Assembly (NCBI GenBank): GCA_964489215.1
Contig: CAZAYB010000007.1
Location: 1-29,403 of the forward strand
Source: an uncultured Pirellulales bacterium
GTDB taxonomy: Bacteria; Planctomycetota; Phycisphaerae; Sedimentisphaerales; Anaerohalosphaeraceae
Direction of reading: 5' to 3'
Length of the DNA stretch: 29,403 nt
How positions within the stretch are numbered: the stretch's first letter is position 1; the number at the start of each line of letters is the position of its first letter. The notes under the pieces were generated by a model. It was given only the letters and a program-made list of their open reading frames with translations. It had not been told where the DNA came from and did no database searches. Positions 8,548-16,741 of the stretch are shown piece after piece. The position numbers were made by a program, and so were the translations under genes.

Positions 8548-8747
8548 TATATATATAATACTTTTTATACTATACAATTCACAAGGCATATTCAGGCAAA
8601 TCAAAACAGCGCCTGTTCGAAAAAGGATTTGAGACGGTTGTTTTTTACGTTTTAATAATAATTTTGTGATGCTTATGCGCACTTTTTTTGCTTCTTTCTG
8701 GAGTTGCAGTGGATAAAGAGCATATACAAAACAAGGAAATCCATAAA

Positions 8748-8885
8748 ATGCCCGAAAGCTCTGTGGAGAAAGTTTCTCCCTACCGGGCAAAGGCCCAATT
8801 AGAGCAGAAAGTTCTTGATGAGGCTGTTCAGGAAGCTTTGGAATTGTTGAAACAGCTAAGAAGCGGCACGAAGAAACGCAGATAA
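8748..8885 (+). CDS. Small hypothetical protein (45 aa, MPESSVEKVSPYRAKAQLEQKVLDEAVQEALELLKQLRSGTKKRR)
   Basis: AAGGA (8733-8737) 10 nt before ATG 8748; only ORF downstream of the consensus promoter before the convergent lptF/G gene. Confidence 0.55.
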   Translation: MPESSVEKVSPYRAKAQLEQKVLDEAVQEALELLKQLRSGTKKRR

Positions 8886-8999
8886 AATTCCAATTCTCCG
8901 AATTATCCATATCATCTTAGCGGTAAACCTGCTCTGATATTAACAACGTCTCTGCAGCCATTTACAGTGGAAACTTATTTGCGGTTTGAAGTGAGAAAG

Positions 9000-10613
9000 C
9001 TAATTTCGCGTAAGGCTTCTGTAAAGCCAGATTGACAGACCGTATAAAGCGATGACAGTAAGCCACATCACACTTACCCCAAAGCCCTGGGGAATATTGG
9101 CGTCATGCTTGCTGATAAGGTTAGTACCCATTAGAATACTGACTATCAAAACCGCTGCTGGAATAGAGCTTACCCCGAAAGCTGAAAGCAAATGCCCGCC
9201 TTTGAATTTAATTCCAAGGCATATTGCGTTAAGGATAAGCGCGATACACCCGAATCCAAAGACCAGTCTGGAATGAATCTCTGCTGTTATTTCGTTCAGT
9301 GTGTTGCGGATTTTTCTGTTTAGCTCTCTACCAGCTGCTCTTAATTTTGCAGATGGCTTATTTTCCAGCAAAACATCAGCGGCACTGGCAATTTCAAGCA
9401 GATTACCCGAAGAGAGTTTTTTTTCAATCTTTTCAGGGATTTTAAGTTCCGGAAATGAACACATCGATATCGGAGCGACACTTTTTAATCCATCTCTCCT
9501 TTCCCAGTTTACATTACGCAGGACCATTATAAGCGAACTGTCTATCTGCTCTTTTTCCAGGCTGATATACCCTTCGTTGCTTTCATTTACGCGAATGAGC
9601 TGACCAAGGGCGTTATCAACTTCAAGCACTTTTACCGGACCAATAAGATTGATTTTATAAGCGTCTTTTTTGTCTATTTCTACTCCTGCCGACGTAAAAA
9701 GAAGCGTTTTTTCACTACCCACAAGCCGATAGAAATTATCTTCCTTGCTTTTAACGACTTCCTGAATCTTCTCAGCGAGTATTTCCGTAAGAAGCTGAGA
9801 GCGGAAAACCACCGCTCTTTGCCTGACAGGCCCGAAATTCAGAAGATTTGCACGTATGCGTTTTAACTGTTCTATTTTCTGGAATTTAATTTTATCAGAA
9901 AGAAGATCCTTTACCTCAGATGATACCGCAAGTTTACTTGAATAAAACTGGCTCCCATCGCTGTCTATCTGGTAAGTCTCTCTTGCCACAACCGTTACAC
10001 TGTTTTCACCGTTTTGTTTTTGAAACTGGACCCTGGCGTTTTCAGCTGTGATAAGCTCAGTAACTTTGCCCCTGTCCTTTTTTGTAAGAACCACTCCGGA
10101 AAGCACTTCTGTCTTTGGGTCTGCGTGATCTGCCCATATAACAATATTGCTGTCGGGTAAAGTGTACTTGCCGCGTCTCTGGATGTTACGGAAAAGTATC
10201 TGTTTGGCGTTGGCTTTGATGGACCTTTCCGCTCGGTGGACAAAAGCAGGGACAACATGAAAGCTAAGAACCAATGTAGCTATTGCGACGGTGACGGCAA
10301 GGCAAAGCCCCGGATAAAGCAGGGTAGTCATGCTTACTCCGCTGGCCCTGCAGGCGTTAAGCTCATTATCTGATGCGAATCGCCCATAAACCAAAGCTGT
10401 AGCCATCATCGCAGAGACAGGCAGCACGAAAGTAAGAGTAATCGGAATAAAATAACCAAGCAGATGACCTACCTGGCCCGGGCCTACGCCATACTCCTGA
10501 ATGGGTCTCAAAACCGAGCCAAGGCTCAGGATCAGTGTAAAAGCGATGGTTACAAGCAAAAAAACCCTCATCAGCTCTCGAAGGATATATCTTTGCAGGG
10601 TATATGATATCAT
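9000..10613 (-). CDS. LptF/LptG (YjgP/YjgQ) family LPS export permease
   Basis: 'TLQRYILREL', 'YFIP..L...LPVS.M.AT..VYGRFASDNELNACRASGVS', three N-terminal TMs, large periplasmic region, C-terminal TMs after 'EIHSR'. Confidence 0.88.
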   Translation of the reverse strand: MISYTLQRYILRELMRVFLLVTIAFTLILSLGSVLRPIQEYGVGPGQVGHLLGYFIPITLTFVLPVSAMMATALVYGRFASDNELNACRASGVSMTTLLYPGLCLAVTVAIATLVLSFHVVPAFVHRAERSIKANAKQILFRNIQRRGKYTLPDSNIVIWADHADPKTEVLSGVVLTKKDRGKVTELITAENARVQFQKQNGENSVTVVARETYQIDSDGSQFYSSKLAVSSEVKDLLSDKIKFQKIEQLKRIRANLLNFGPVRQRAVVFRSQLLTEILAEKIQEVVKSKEDNFYRLVGSEKTLLFTSAGVEIDKKDAYKINLIGPVKVLEVDNALGQLIRVNESNEGYISLEKEQIDSSLIMVLRNVNWERRDGLKSVAPISMCSFPELKIPEKIEKKLSSGNLLEIASAADVLLENKPSAKLRAAGRELNRKIRNTLNEITAEIHSRLVFGFGCIALILNAICLGIKFKGGHLLSAFGVSSIPAAVLIVSILMGTNLISKHDANIPQGFGVSVMWLTVIALYGLSIWLYRSLTRN

Positions 10614-10660
10614 TAAACAAATAATCCTTTATTAGCGTTTTTTCCGTAAATCTTTGAAAA

Positions 10661-10689
10661 AGCATATACTGACCAGTTCATAATGTCAA
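10661..10689 (-). promoter_or_regulatory. Candidate sigma70 promoter of the LptF/G gene
   Basis: Minus strand TTGACA (10689-10684), 17-nt spacer, TATGCT (10666-10661). Confidence 0.5.
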
Positions 10690-10827
10690 CTCATAACCGC
10701 CTTTATTTGAGTTTTTATGAGCAGTTATTAAAAAAAAAGACCCGTTAAGGCCTCAACAATGTATTGGACATCTGCTTTATTTTGTTTACTATGGCTGTTT
10801 TGACAAGGCCCTGAAAAGGAGGCATGA

Positions 10828-11562
10828 TTGTTTAAAGGCAGTACAATTAAAATCTCAGCTTTGGCATTAATAGCGGTTGTTATAATTGCAGCTTTTATTT
10901 TCGGGTCAAGATTTCTTTCCTTTGAGCAAGTCAAGGCTATGTCGCATGATTTCATTTATTACTATCAGCAGCATACGCTGGCTTTTACTATTGGATATTT
11001 TCTTTTCTACCTTGTTTTTGTTGCCATAGGCGCACCCGGTGCAACTCCATTTACCATCCTGGCAGGTGCTGTTTTCGGGTTATACAAGGGCACTGTACTT
11101 GTCTCTTTTGCGAGCAGTATCGGGGCGACAATTGCGTTTATAATCGGCAGATCCCTTTTAAGAGACTGGGTGGAGGCTAAATTTGGAAAAAAACTATCAA
11201 AATTGAATCGCGGTGTTAAAAGGGAAGGTGCATTTTATCTTTTCACCATAAGAATGATTCCTATATTCCCATTCTTTGTTATCAATACCGCTATGGCACT
11301 TACCAGGCTCAGGACATGGACTTTTTACTGGGTTTCGCAAGCTGGAATGCTCCCGGGTACCATAATATATGTAAATGCCGGCACGCAGCTTGCAAAGATA
11401 GAAACAACTTCCGACCTGCTTTCATGGAACATAATACTTTCCTTTGTTTTACTTGGACTTTTTCCGCTGATAAGTAAAAAACTGTTAGATTTATACAGAA
11501 AAAAACTCAGGGTTCCTGCTCTTGATGAAGAAAAAAATATCGATAATAATACCGGTACTTAA
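10828..11562 (+). CDS. TVP38/TMEM64 (DedA/SNARE-associated) membrane protein
   Basis: 'PGATPFTILAGAVFG..GT..VSFASSIGAT.AF..GR', 'LFTIRMIPIFPFFVIN', 'GMLPGT..YVNAG'. AAGGAGG 5 nt before TTG 10828. Confidence 0.92.
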   Translation: MFKGSTIKISALALIAVVIIAAFIFGSRFLSFEQVKAMSHDFIYYYQQHTLAFTIGYFLFYLVFVAIGAPGATPFTILAGAVFGLYKGTVLVSFASSIGATIAFIIGRSLLRDWVEAKFGKKLSKLNRGVKREGAFYLFTIRMIPIFPFFVINTAMALTRLRTWTFYWVSQAGMLPGTIIYVNAGTQLAKIETTSDLLSWNIILSFVLLGLFPLISKKLLDLYRKKLRVPALDEEKNIDNNTGT

Positions 11563-12211
11563 CGAGCCTCGGATGATAAACCGCGTCCTTGCAGACCTTT
11601 CCTGTTTGCCGGGCATTGAAAATTGTCAGGTAATTATCGCAGAGACCAATGACTTTTCTCATCGGATTACCCCTGTTGACAATATTAATCTGCTCATAAC
11701 CAGGTCCCGGCCCGGCAGGGCGGCTCAGATGAACAAGGCCGCGGAATATGCTGAATCTGATATACTTCTTTTTTTGCACTCTGATACAAAGCTGCCCTCG
11801 AACGCTGTCGATCTTGTGACAAATTCAGTTAAGAATAAAAAATACGCGGCCGGTGCTTTTTCATTGAAATTTGATACCGAAAGAAAATCGCTGAAGTTTA
11901 TAGCCGCTATGACAACGCTGAGAAGTAAACTGACCGGCGTTCCTTATGGCGACCAGGGAATATTCGTCCCCAAAGATGTTTTTGAAAAAGTAGATGGCTA
12001 TACTGACCTTAGTCTGCTTGAGGATGTGGACCTGATAGAAAAAATAAAAAAGAACGGCGGAAAAGTCAAAATTCTCCAGGAGTTTGTATGCACTTCCCCG
12101 AGAAAATATCTTGAACAGGGTGTTATAAAACGCGTATTAATTAACAGGGTTATAATGCTTTTATATTTTTTTGGGGTATCGCCGCATAAGATAGCCAGGA
12201 TGTACCGTTAA
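11525..12211 (+). CDS. GT-A family 2 glycosyltransferase, TIGR04283-like (rSAM/selenodomain- or arsenosugar-associated transferase 2)
   Basis: 'SIIIPVLNE', 'GRAAQMNKAA', 'LLFLHSDT', 'YGDQGIF', 'EDVDL', C-terminal 'LYFFGVSP..IARMYR'. Confidence 0.85.
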   Translation: MKKKISIIIPVLNEPRMINRVLADLSCLPGIENCQVIIAETNDFSHRITPVDNINLLITRSRPGRAAQMNKAAEYAESDILLFLHSDTKLPSNAVDLVTNSVKNKKYAAGAFSLKFDTERKSLKFIAAMTTLRSKLTGVPYGDQGIFVPKDVFEKVDGYTDLSLLEDVDLIEKIKKNGGKVKILQEFVCTSPRKYLEQGVIKRVLINRVIMLLYFFGVSPHKIARMYR

Positions 12212-12221
12212 GGAGTCAGGA

Positions 12222-12890
12222 ATGGCTGATTCTGCAAAAAGCTGTATAAATATTTTCGTAAAGTTTCCCCAGGCCGGTAAGGTCAAGACAAGGCTTGCCG
12301 CCGAAATCGGCCAAAGACAAGCCGCTCATGTCTATCGCTTTTGCGTGGAAGATTTACTGGAAAGGCTCCACAAAATTGATATTGATCAGGTAATTAATTT
12401 TTGTCCTCCGCAACAGGATAATCAGATAAAAAAATGGCTTACAACTGCTTATAATTTTACTCCTCAAAAAGGCTATGACCTTGGTTCCAGAATGAAAAAT
12501 GCTTTCGTTCATTCTTTCAGCTGCGGGTATGAAAATGTAATCATAATCGGAAGCGACAATCCTGATATTCCGCTGGATTTTTTCAGCAGAGCCTTTCATG
12601 CACTGAATGATAAAGGTGCCGTTATTGGTCCCGATAACGATGGCGGTTATTATCTTATCGGTTTTACTAAAGCCTCTTTTTGCCCAGCGGTCTTTGATAA
12701 CATTAACTGGAGTACCCCTGCTGTGTTTAATGAAACCTGTGAAAAACTAAAAATGAACAGTGTGCAATACCAGGTATTGCCGTTCTGGAAAGACATTGAC
12801 ACCGTTGATGATTTGGCGGCTTTTATGAATCGCCAGCGCGAAAATGCTGTAAATTGCAGACGAACTTATGATTTCGTCCTTAAATTATAA
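12222..12890 (+). CDS. TIGR04282/DUF2064-like transferase (CofC-like nucleotidyl/glycosyltransferase 1)
   Basis: 'IFVKFP.AGKVKTRLA', 'Q.G.DLG.RM', 'IIGSD.P', 'VIGP..DGGYYLIG', 'WST..V', 'DIDT..DL'. AAGGAG RBS. Confidence 0.88.
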   Translation: MADSAKSCINIFVKFPQAGKVKTRLAAEIGQRQAAHVYRFCVEDLLERLHKIDIDQVINFCPPQQDNQIKKWLTTAYNFTPQKGYDLGSRMKNAFVHSFSCGYENVIIIGSDNPDIPLDFFSRAFHALNDKGAVIGPDNDGGYYLIGFTKASFCPAVFDNINWSTPAVFNETCEKLKMNSVQYQVLPFWKDIDTVDDLAAFMNRQRENAVNCRRTYDFVLKL

Positions 12891-12903
12891 AGAACATCTC
12901 GAA

Positions 12904-12928
12904 AACATTTGCTAAATTTACAAATGTT
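12904..12928. terminator. Possible weak bidirectional terminator hairpin between convergent units
   Basis: 8-bp stem AACATTTG (12904-12911) / CAAATGTT (12921-12928); AT-rich and lacks a good U-tract. Confidence 0.25.
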
Positions 12929-13193
12929 AAGGATGGTCGAAAACGATTTTTTTAGCCTCGACACCTTCAATGGCGTTGAGCTTTTGCATCAAATCTTCGC
13001 TGGCCTTGTCGTCATCGAGCATTTCGAGAACGAGGAGTCCATTTGGTGAACAGAACTCTTTGTCAGCTTCATGAAGGCCAAGCCTTGTTTTAATGCTGCA
13101 TCCAAATTCCGTCAGAGCATGCTGAACCGAATCAACATGTTTGATCCGGTCTGTGATATGAATACCGAGCAGGATGTGTTTATCCAAAGGCAT
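12927..13193 (-). CDS. Small ACT/NikR-C-like protein, probably related to iron-only hydrogenase-associated regulators (TM1266-like)
   Basis: 88 aa with beta-alpha-beta-beta-alpha-beta pattern 'ILLGIHITDR..V..VQ..LTEFGCSIKTRLGLHE..C..NGLLVLE'; last gene of the hyd cluster; AAAGGGG RBS. Family call from memory. Confidence 0.6.
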   Translation of the reverse strand: MPLDKHILLGIHITDRIKHVDSVQHALTEFGCSIKTRLGLHEADKEFCSPNGLLVLEMLDDDKASEDLMQKLNAIEGVEAKKIVFDHP

Positions 13194-13210
13194 GAAATCC
13201 CCTTTCCAAA

Positions 13211-13576
13211 TTAATTGACATGTTTTTTTATTGTTGAAACAAGTTCCATATGGTTAACCGGTTTCTGCATAACACCTGTAAAACCATGTTCCATATGGTC
13301 ATCAGCAGAGCCTATACCGCTTAGAAGAAATACCGGAGTATTATCATCTTCGCTGCGATATTGTTTCATAAACTGTATCCCGGAATCTTCCTCTTCCATC
13401 ATCAGATCGACCATTATAAAGTCCGGCTTACTTTTCCTGCAAAGCTCAAGTCCCTCTTCACAAGAGCCTGCCTCCTTCATTAAAAAACCCGATGCGCTTA
13501 AGATTAGCTCAAGAGCCTCGCGAAAATCCGGGTCATCATCGATTACGATTACTACCTTTTTGCCGTTCTCCATCAC
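13211..13576 (-). CDS. Single-domain response regulator (receiver only)
   Basis: IDDD, phospho-Asp in VDLMM, LSG, QKP; start overlaps the hydF stop (GTGA). Confidence 0.9.
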   Translation of the reverse strand: MMENGKKVVIVIDDDPDFREALELILSASGFLMKEAGSCEEGLELCRKSKPDFIMVDLMMEEEDSGIQFMKQYRSEDDNTPVFLLSGIGSADDHMEHGFTGVMQKPVNHMELVSTIKKHVN

Positions 13577-14820
13577 ATTCTCCTGTTATTTGCAATTCTG
13601 TTTTCCTGGTATACCTGGTGAGCATATCCAAAGGGTTTAAGTGCCCTTTCAAATATCCCAAGTGTATACGCAATTGTCAAGCCATAATTTGTTATAGGTA
13701 CACCCGCCTCTTTTGCAAGCATTATTCTTGAAAGCATTTCACGCCTGTTCCACATGCACGCTCCGCAGTGGATAATAAGTTTATATTTCTGCAAATCCGG
13801 GCTCAAATCATGTCCTCTGCTGTGTTCGAATTCTATCTTCCCGCCTGCATATTGTTTAAGCCATCGCGGTATTTTAACCGTTCCGATGTCGTCTGTTATC
13901 GGATGATGAGTACAGGATTCAGCAATAAGAACCTTGTCACCGCTGGTAAGGTTCTCAATTGCCAAAGCCCCTTTAACCATTTCCGCAAGGTCGGCTTTGT
14001 ATCTTGCAAAAAGAATTGAAAAGCTGGTCATCATAACATCTTCAGGTGTATCAGCTGCAACTTTTAAAAAGGCCTGCGAATCTGTAACAACCAAACCGGG
14101 TTTTTCTTTGAGCAGATTAAATGTTGTGCTAAGTTCACGCTCCTTGCACACCACAGCAACAGAATCAGAATCCAGGATGTCCCGTATCGACTGAACCTGG
14201 GGCAAAATCAATCTGCCCTTCGGTGCCTCCTTGTCTATCGGTACAACCAACACAACCGTCCGGCCCGGCTGTATCAGGTCGCCGAGTATGGAAGGTGTAC
14301 TTGTAAACTCCTTCGGCGTGCTTATGATTATCTGCCTTTTGAGCTCTGCAAATCCTTCTTCTTTTAATGCACTGACGTAACAAAACGGAATGTCTTTGTT
14401 TTTAACCGGTGCAATATTACATTCCTGTTCATCATACAGATCTGTCTTGTTTAGGACCGTAATAACCGGAATACCAAGTTTGTCAAATTCTTCCAGAAGT
14501 TCAGACTCAAAATCACCCCAGTTATTTTTTTCAAAGACCAAAAGCGCCAAGTCGCTCCTTTGAATTACCCCTCTTGTTTTTGCGATCCTTTTCTCCCCCA
14601 ATGCCCCAATGTCATCGATTCCCGCCGTATCCACAAAAAGCACAGGACCAACAGGCAGCAGTTCCATTGGTTTTTCAACAGGGTCGGTCGTCGTGCCGGC
14701 TTGCTCAGAAACTATGGCACTTTGCTGACCTGTTAGTACATTCAAAACAGAACTTTTACCAACGTTTCGTCTGCCGAATATTCCAATATGAAGCCTTAGT
14801 CCCTTAGGTGTTTTTTGCAT
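13573..14820 (-). CDS. hydF: [FeFe]-hydrogenase H-cluster maturation GTPase HydF
   Basis: P-loop GRRNVGKSS, GTTTDPV, DTAG, NKTD; FeS motif CxH..HCGAC; 'TNYG'. Confidence 0.97.
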   Translation of the reverse strand: MQKTPKGLRLHIGIFGRRNVGKSSVLNVLTGQQSAIVSEQAGTTTDPVEKPMELLPVGPVLFVDTAGIDDIGALGEKRIAKTRGVIQRSDLALLVFEKNNWGDFESELLEEFDKLGIPVITVLNKTDLYDEQECNIAPVKNKDIPFCYVSALKEEGFAELKRQIIISTPKEFTSTPSILGDLIQPGRTVVLVVPIDKEAPKGRLILPQVQSIRDILDSDSVAVVCKERELSTTFNLLKEKPGLVVTDSQAFLKVAADTPEDVMMTSFSILFARYKADLAEMVKGALAIENLTSGDKVLIAESCTHHPITDDIGTVKIPRWLKQYAGGKIEFEHSRGHDLSPDLQKYKLIIHCGACMWNRREMLSRIMLAKEAGVPITNYGLTIAYTLGIFERALKPFGYAHQVYQENRIANNRRM

Positions 14821-16237
14821 CTGATTTCCCCCTGTTTACAAAGCCAAGTGAAAGAACCGCCTCACTGCTTGTAAGATGGTCGTATTCCTTTTCGCTGCAC
14901 AACCCCTCTGATGTCAGAATATCCTTTATGGTTCTGTTCTGGTTTGCTGCCTTTTTAGCTGTTTCGGCGCATTTATCATAGCCCAGCTTATTCACAAAAG
15001 CAGTTATAACCGCAGTGGCGTTGTCAACATTTTCTCTGCACCTGTTCTTGTCTGCGCAGATGCCCTCAACAAGACCGCTGCGAAATTTGCTGACTGCATA
15101 TATCAGCTCATCTATCATGCAAAGCAGATTATGAGCGATGCCAGGCAAAAAGGCATTAAGCTCAAGTTGTCCGCTGCACGCTGACAGGGTTATAGCGCTA
15201 TCCCTGCTTATAGCCTGGATAGCTGCCAGACCTGCCATCTCTGCTATCACAGGATTTACCTTGCCCGGCATTATTGACGACCCGGGCTGAACGGCCGGTA
15301 ATCGAATTTCTGCAAACCCTGCCTTTGGTCCGCTCGAAAGCAAACGGATATCGGAAGATATCTTGAAAAGATTAGATGCCAGTGTCTTGAGAAATCCGCT
15401 TACCTCAACTATTTCATCACAGTTTTGAGTTGCGGATATTAAATTTTCCGCCCGGGCCAAAGGAAGATTAGTTATCTGCCGGAGTTTTTCCGATGCGAGA
15501 AATATATATTTTCTGTCTGCGCCTGTCCCCGTACCTACTGCTGTTCCCCCGAGATTTATCACCCTCAATCTTTCCCTGCATTTGGAAAGACGCCACCTGT
15601 CCCTCGAAAACGCTTCTGCATAAGCACCCATCTCCCGCCCAAGGGTGACCAGAACCGCGTCATTGAGCTGAGATCTGCCCAGCTTTACAATGTCCGCAAA
15701 CTCTTTTTCTTTGTGCTGAAACGCATTGACAAGTTCGCTTACAGTCTCCTCAAGTTCGTCGCAGGCAAAGATCGCCGAAACTCTAAGAGCAGTCGGATAA
15801 GTGTCGTTAGTTGACTGATGAAGATTGACATGTCCAAGAGGACTTATTTTTTTATAATCCCCCTTGCTTTCTCCCAGCAGTTCCAGTGCCCGATTGGCGA
15901 TCAGCTCATTGACATACATATTCGTACTTGTACCCGCACCGCCCTGAAGAGCAGCTGGGGCAAATTCACAGGCAAGCTTTCCTGCTGAAAGCTCCCGGCA
16001 AGCCGATACAATAGCCCCGCTTAAATCTTTTGGTATGTAACCAAGTTCACTGTTGGCCTGGCAGCAAGCCTGTTTTACCAGGCCAAACCCCTGCAAAAGT
16101 CTTTGATGAACACGCCCTCCGACAGAACCGAAATTTTCATAAGCACGAAAGCCGCTTATTCCGCACAGAGAGTCTGACCTGATCGACATTTCTCCTAAAG
16201 AATCAACTTCAGTTCTTTCCGGACTTTCGCCGTGCAT
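14804..16237 (-). CDS. aspA: Aspartate ammonia-lyase (fumarase/aspartase superfamily)
   Basis: 'DSLGEM', 'QGGAGTSTNM', 'QSTND.YPT', 'GRSQL.DA', signature 'GSSIMPGKVNP'. ATG 16237 preferred (GGTG 6 nt upstream); GTG 16246 is the alternative. Confidence 0.88.
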   Translation of the reverse strand: MHGESPERTEVDSLGEMSIRSDSLCGISGFRAYENFGSVGGRVHQRLLQGFGLVKQACCQANSELGYIPKDLSGAIVSACRELSAGKLACEFAPAALQGGAGTSTNMYVNELIANRALELLGESKGDYKKISPLGHVNLHQSTNDTYPTALRVSAIFACDELEETVSELVNAFQHKEKEFADIVKLGRSQLNDAVLVTLGREMGAYAEAFSRDRWRLSKCRERLRVINLGGTAVGTGTGADRKYIFLASEKLRQITNLPLARAENLISATQNCDEIVEVSGFLKTLASNLFKISSDIRLLSSGPKAGFAEIRLPAVQPGSSIMPGKVNPVIAEMAGLAAIQAISRDSAITLSACSGQLELNAFLPGIAHNLLCMIDELIYAVSKFRSGLVEGICADKNRCRENVDNATAVITAFVNKLGYDKCAETAKKAANQNRTIKDILTSEGLCSEKEYDHLTSSEAVLSLGFVNRGKSDAKNT

Positions 16238-16331
16238 TAAAATCACCTGTTATTTTAATTTTACATTAACTGTACCCACTGCTTAAGCGCAGAATTATAC
16301 GCAATGGTAAACATGATAAACTATGCATAGC

Positions 16332-16712
16332 TTATATATACTTCTCTATCGCTTTTAACAGAACATTCGGGGTGACCGGCTTTTCGATGAACTCTTTTAC
16401 CGGCAGATTTTCATCATCAGGCTCGAAAGCAAAAGGCAAATTCATCTCCTTACGGATACCGCTTAACATAATAATTGGAATATTGCTTAACTTGCCGTCA
16501 GCTTTTATCCGCTTGGCTGCATCAAAGCCTTCCGTATTAGTCGTCATCATCACATCGAGCAGTATGATGTCAGGCTTATGTTCATGAGCCATTAAAATAC
16601 CTTTCTCTCCGTCAGATGCATTAACTACTTCATAGCCTTTTGCGTCAAGAAGATTGCTGATTGCCTCAACAAACTCCGCATCATCATCGATCATCAAAAC
16701 TTTTTTCGACAC
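16332..16712 (-). CDS. Single-domain response regulator (receiver only)
   Basis: IDDD, phospho-Asp in LDVMM, LSG, EKP; GTG start with GAGG RBS. Confidence 0.92.
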   Translation of the reverse strand: MSKKVLMIDDDAEFVEAISNLLDAKGYEVVNASDGEKGILMAHEHKPDIILLDVMMTTNTEGFDAAKRIKADGKLSNIPIIMLSGIRKEMNLPFAFEPDDENLPVKEFIEKPVTPNVLLKAIEKYI

Positions 16713-16741
16713 TTTCTAATCCTCACTAATTAATTATAAAT

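Noticed and set aside
8594-8640. Partial resemblance to a c-di-GMP-I riboswitch (AGGCAAA..GAAA..GACG)
   Set aside because: The GNRA loop is not closed by a proper stem and the second (P2) hairpin is absent; kept only as an unnamed structured leader.
8578-8670. TTCACAA and TTGTGAT as a Rex site in the small-ORF leader
   Set aside because: The half-sites are about 80 nt apart and in the wrong order for the N4-spaced palindrome.
8431-8910. 159-aa minus-strand ORF, and the longer 65-aa version (8688 start) of the small plus-strand ORF
   Set aside because: The minus ORF overlaps the CYTH gene, the consensus promoter and the small ORF, with low-complexity AT-driven composition. The 8688 TTG has no RBS whereas ATG 8748 does.
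10824-10835. Mini-ORF ATG ATT GTT TAA overlapping the DedA start
   Set aside because: The ATG is only 1 nt from the Shine-Dalgarno sequence, too close for efficient initiation; TTG 10828 has normal spacing.
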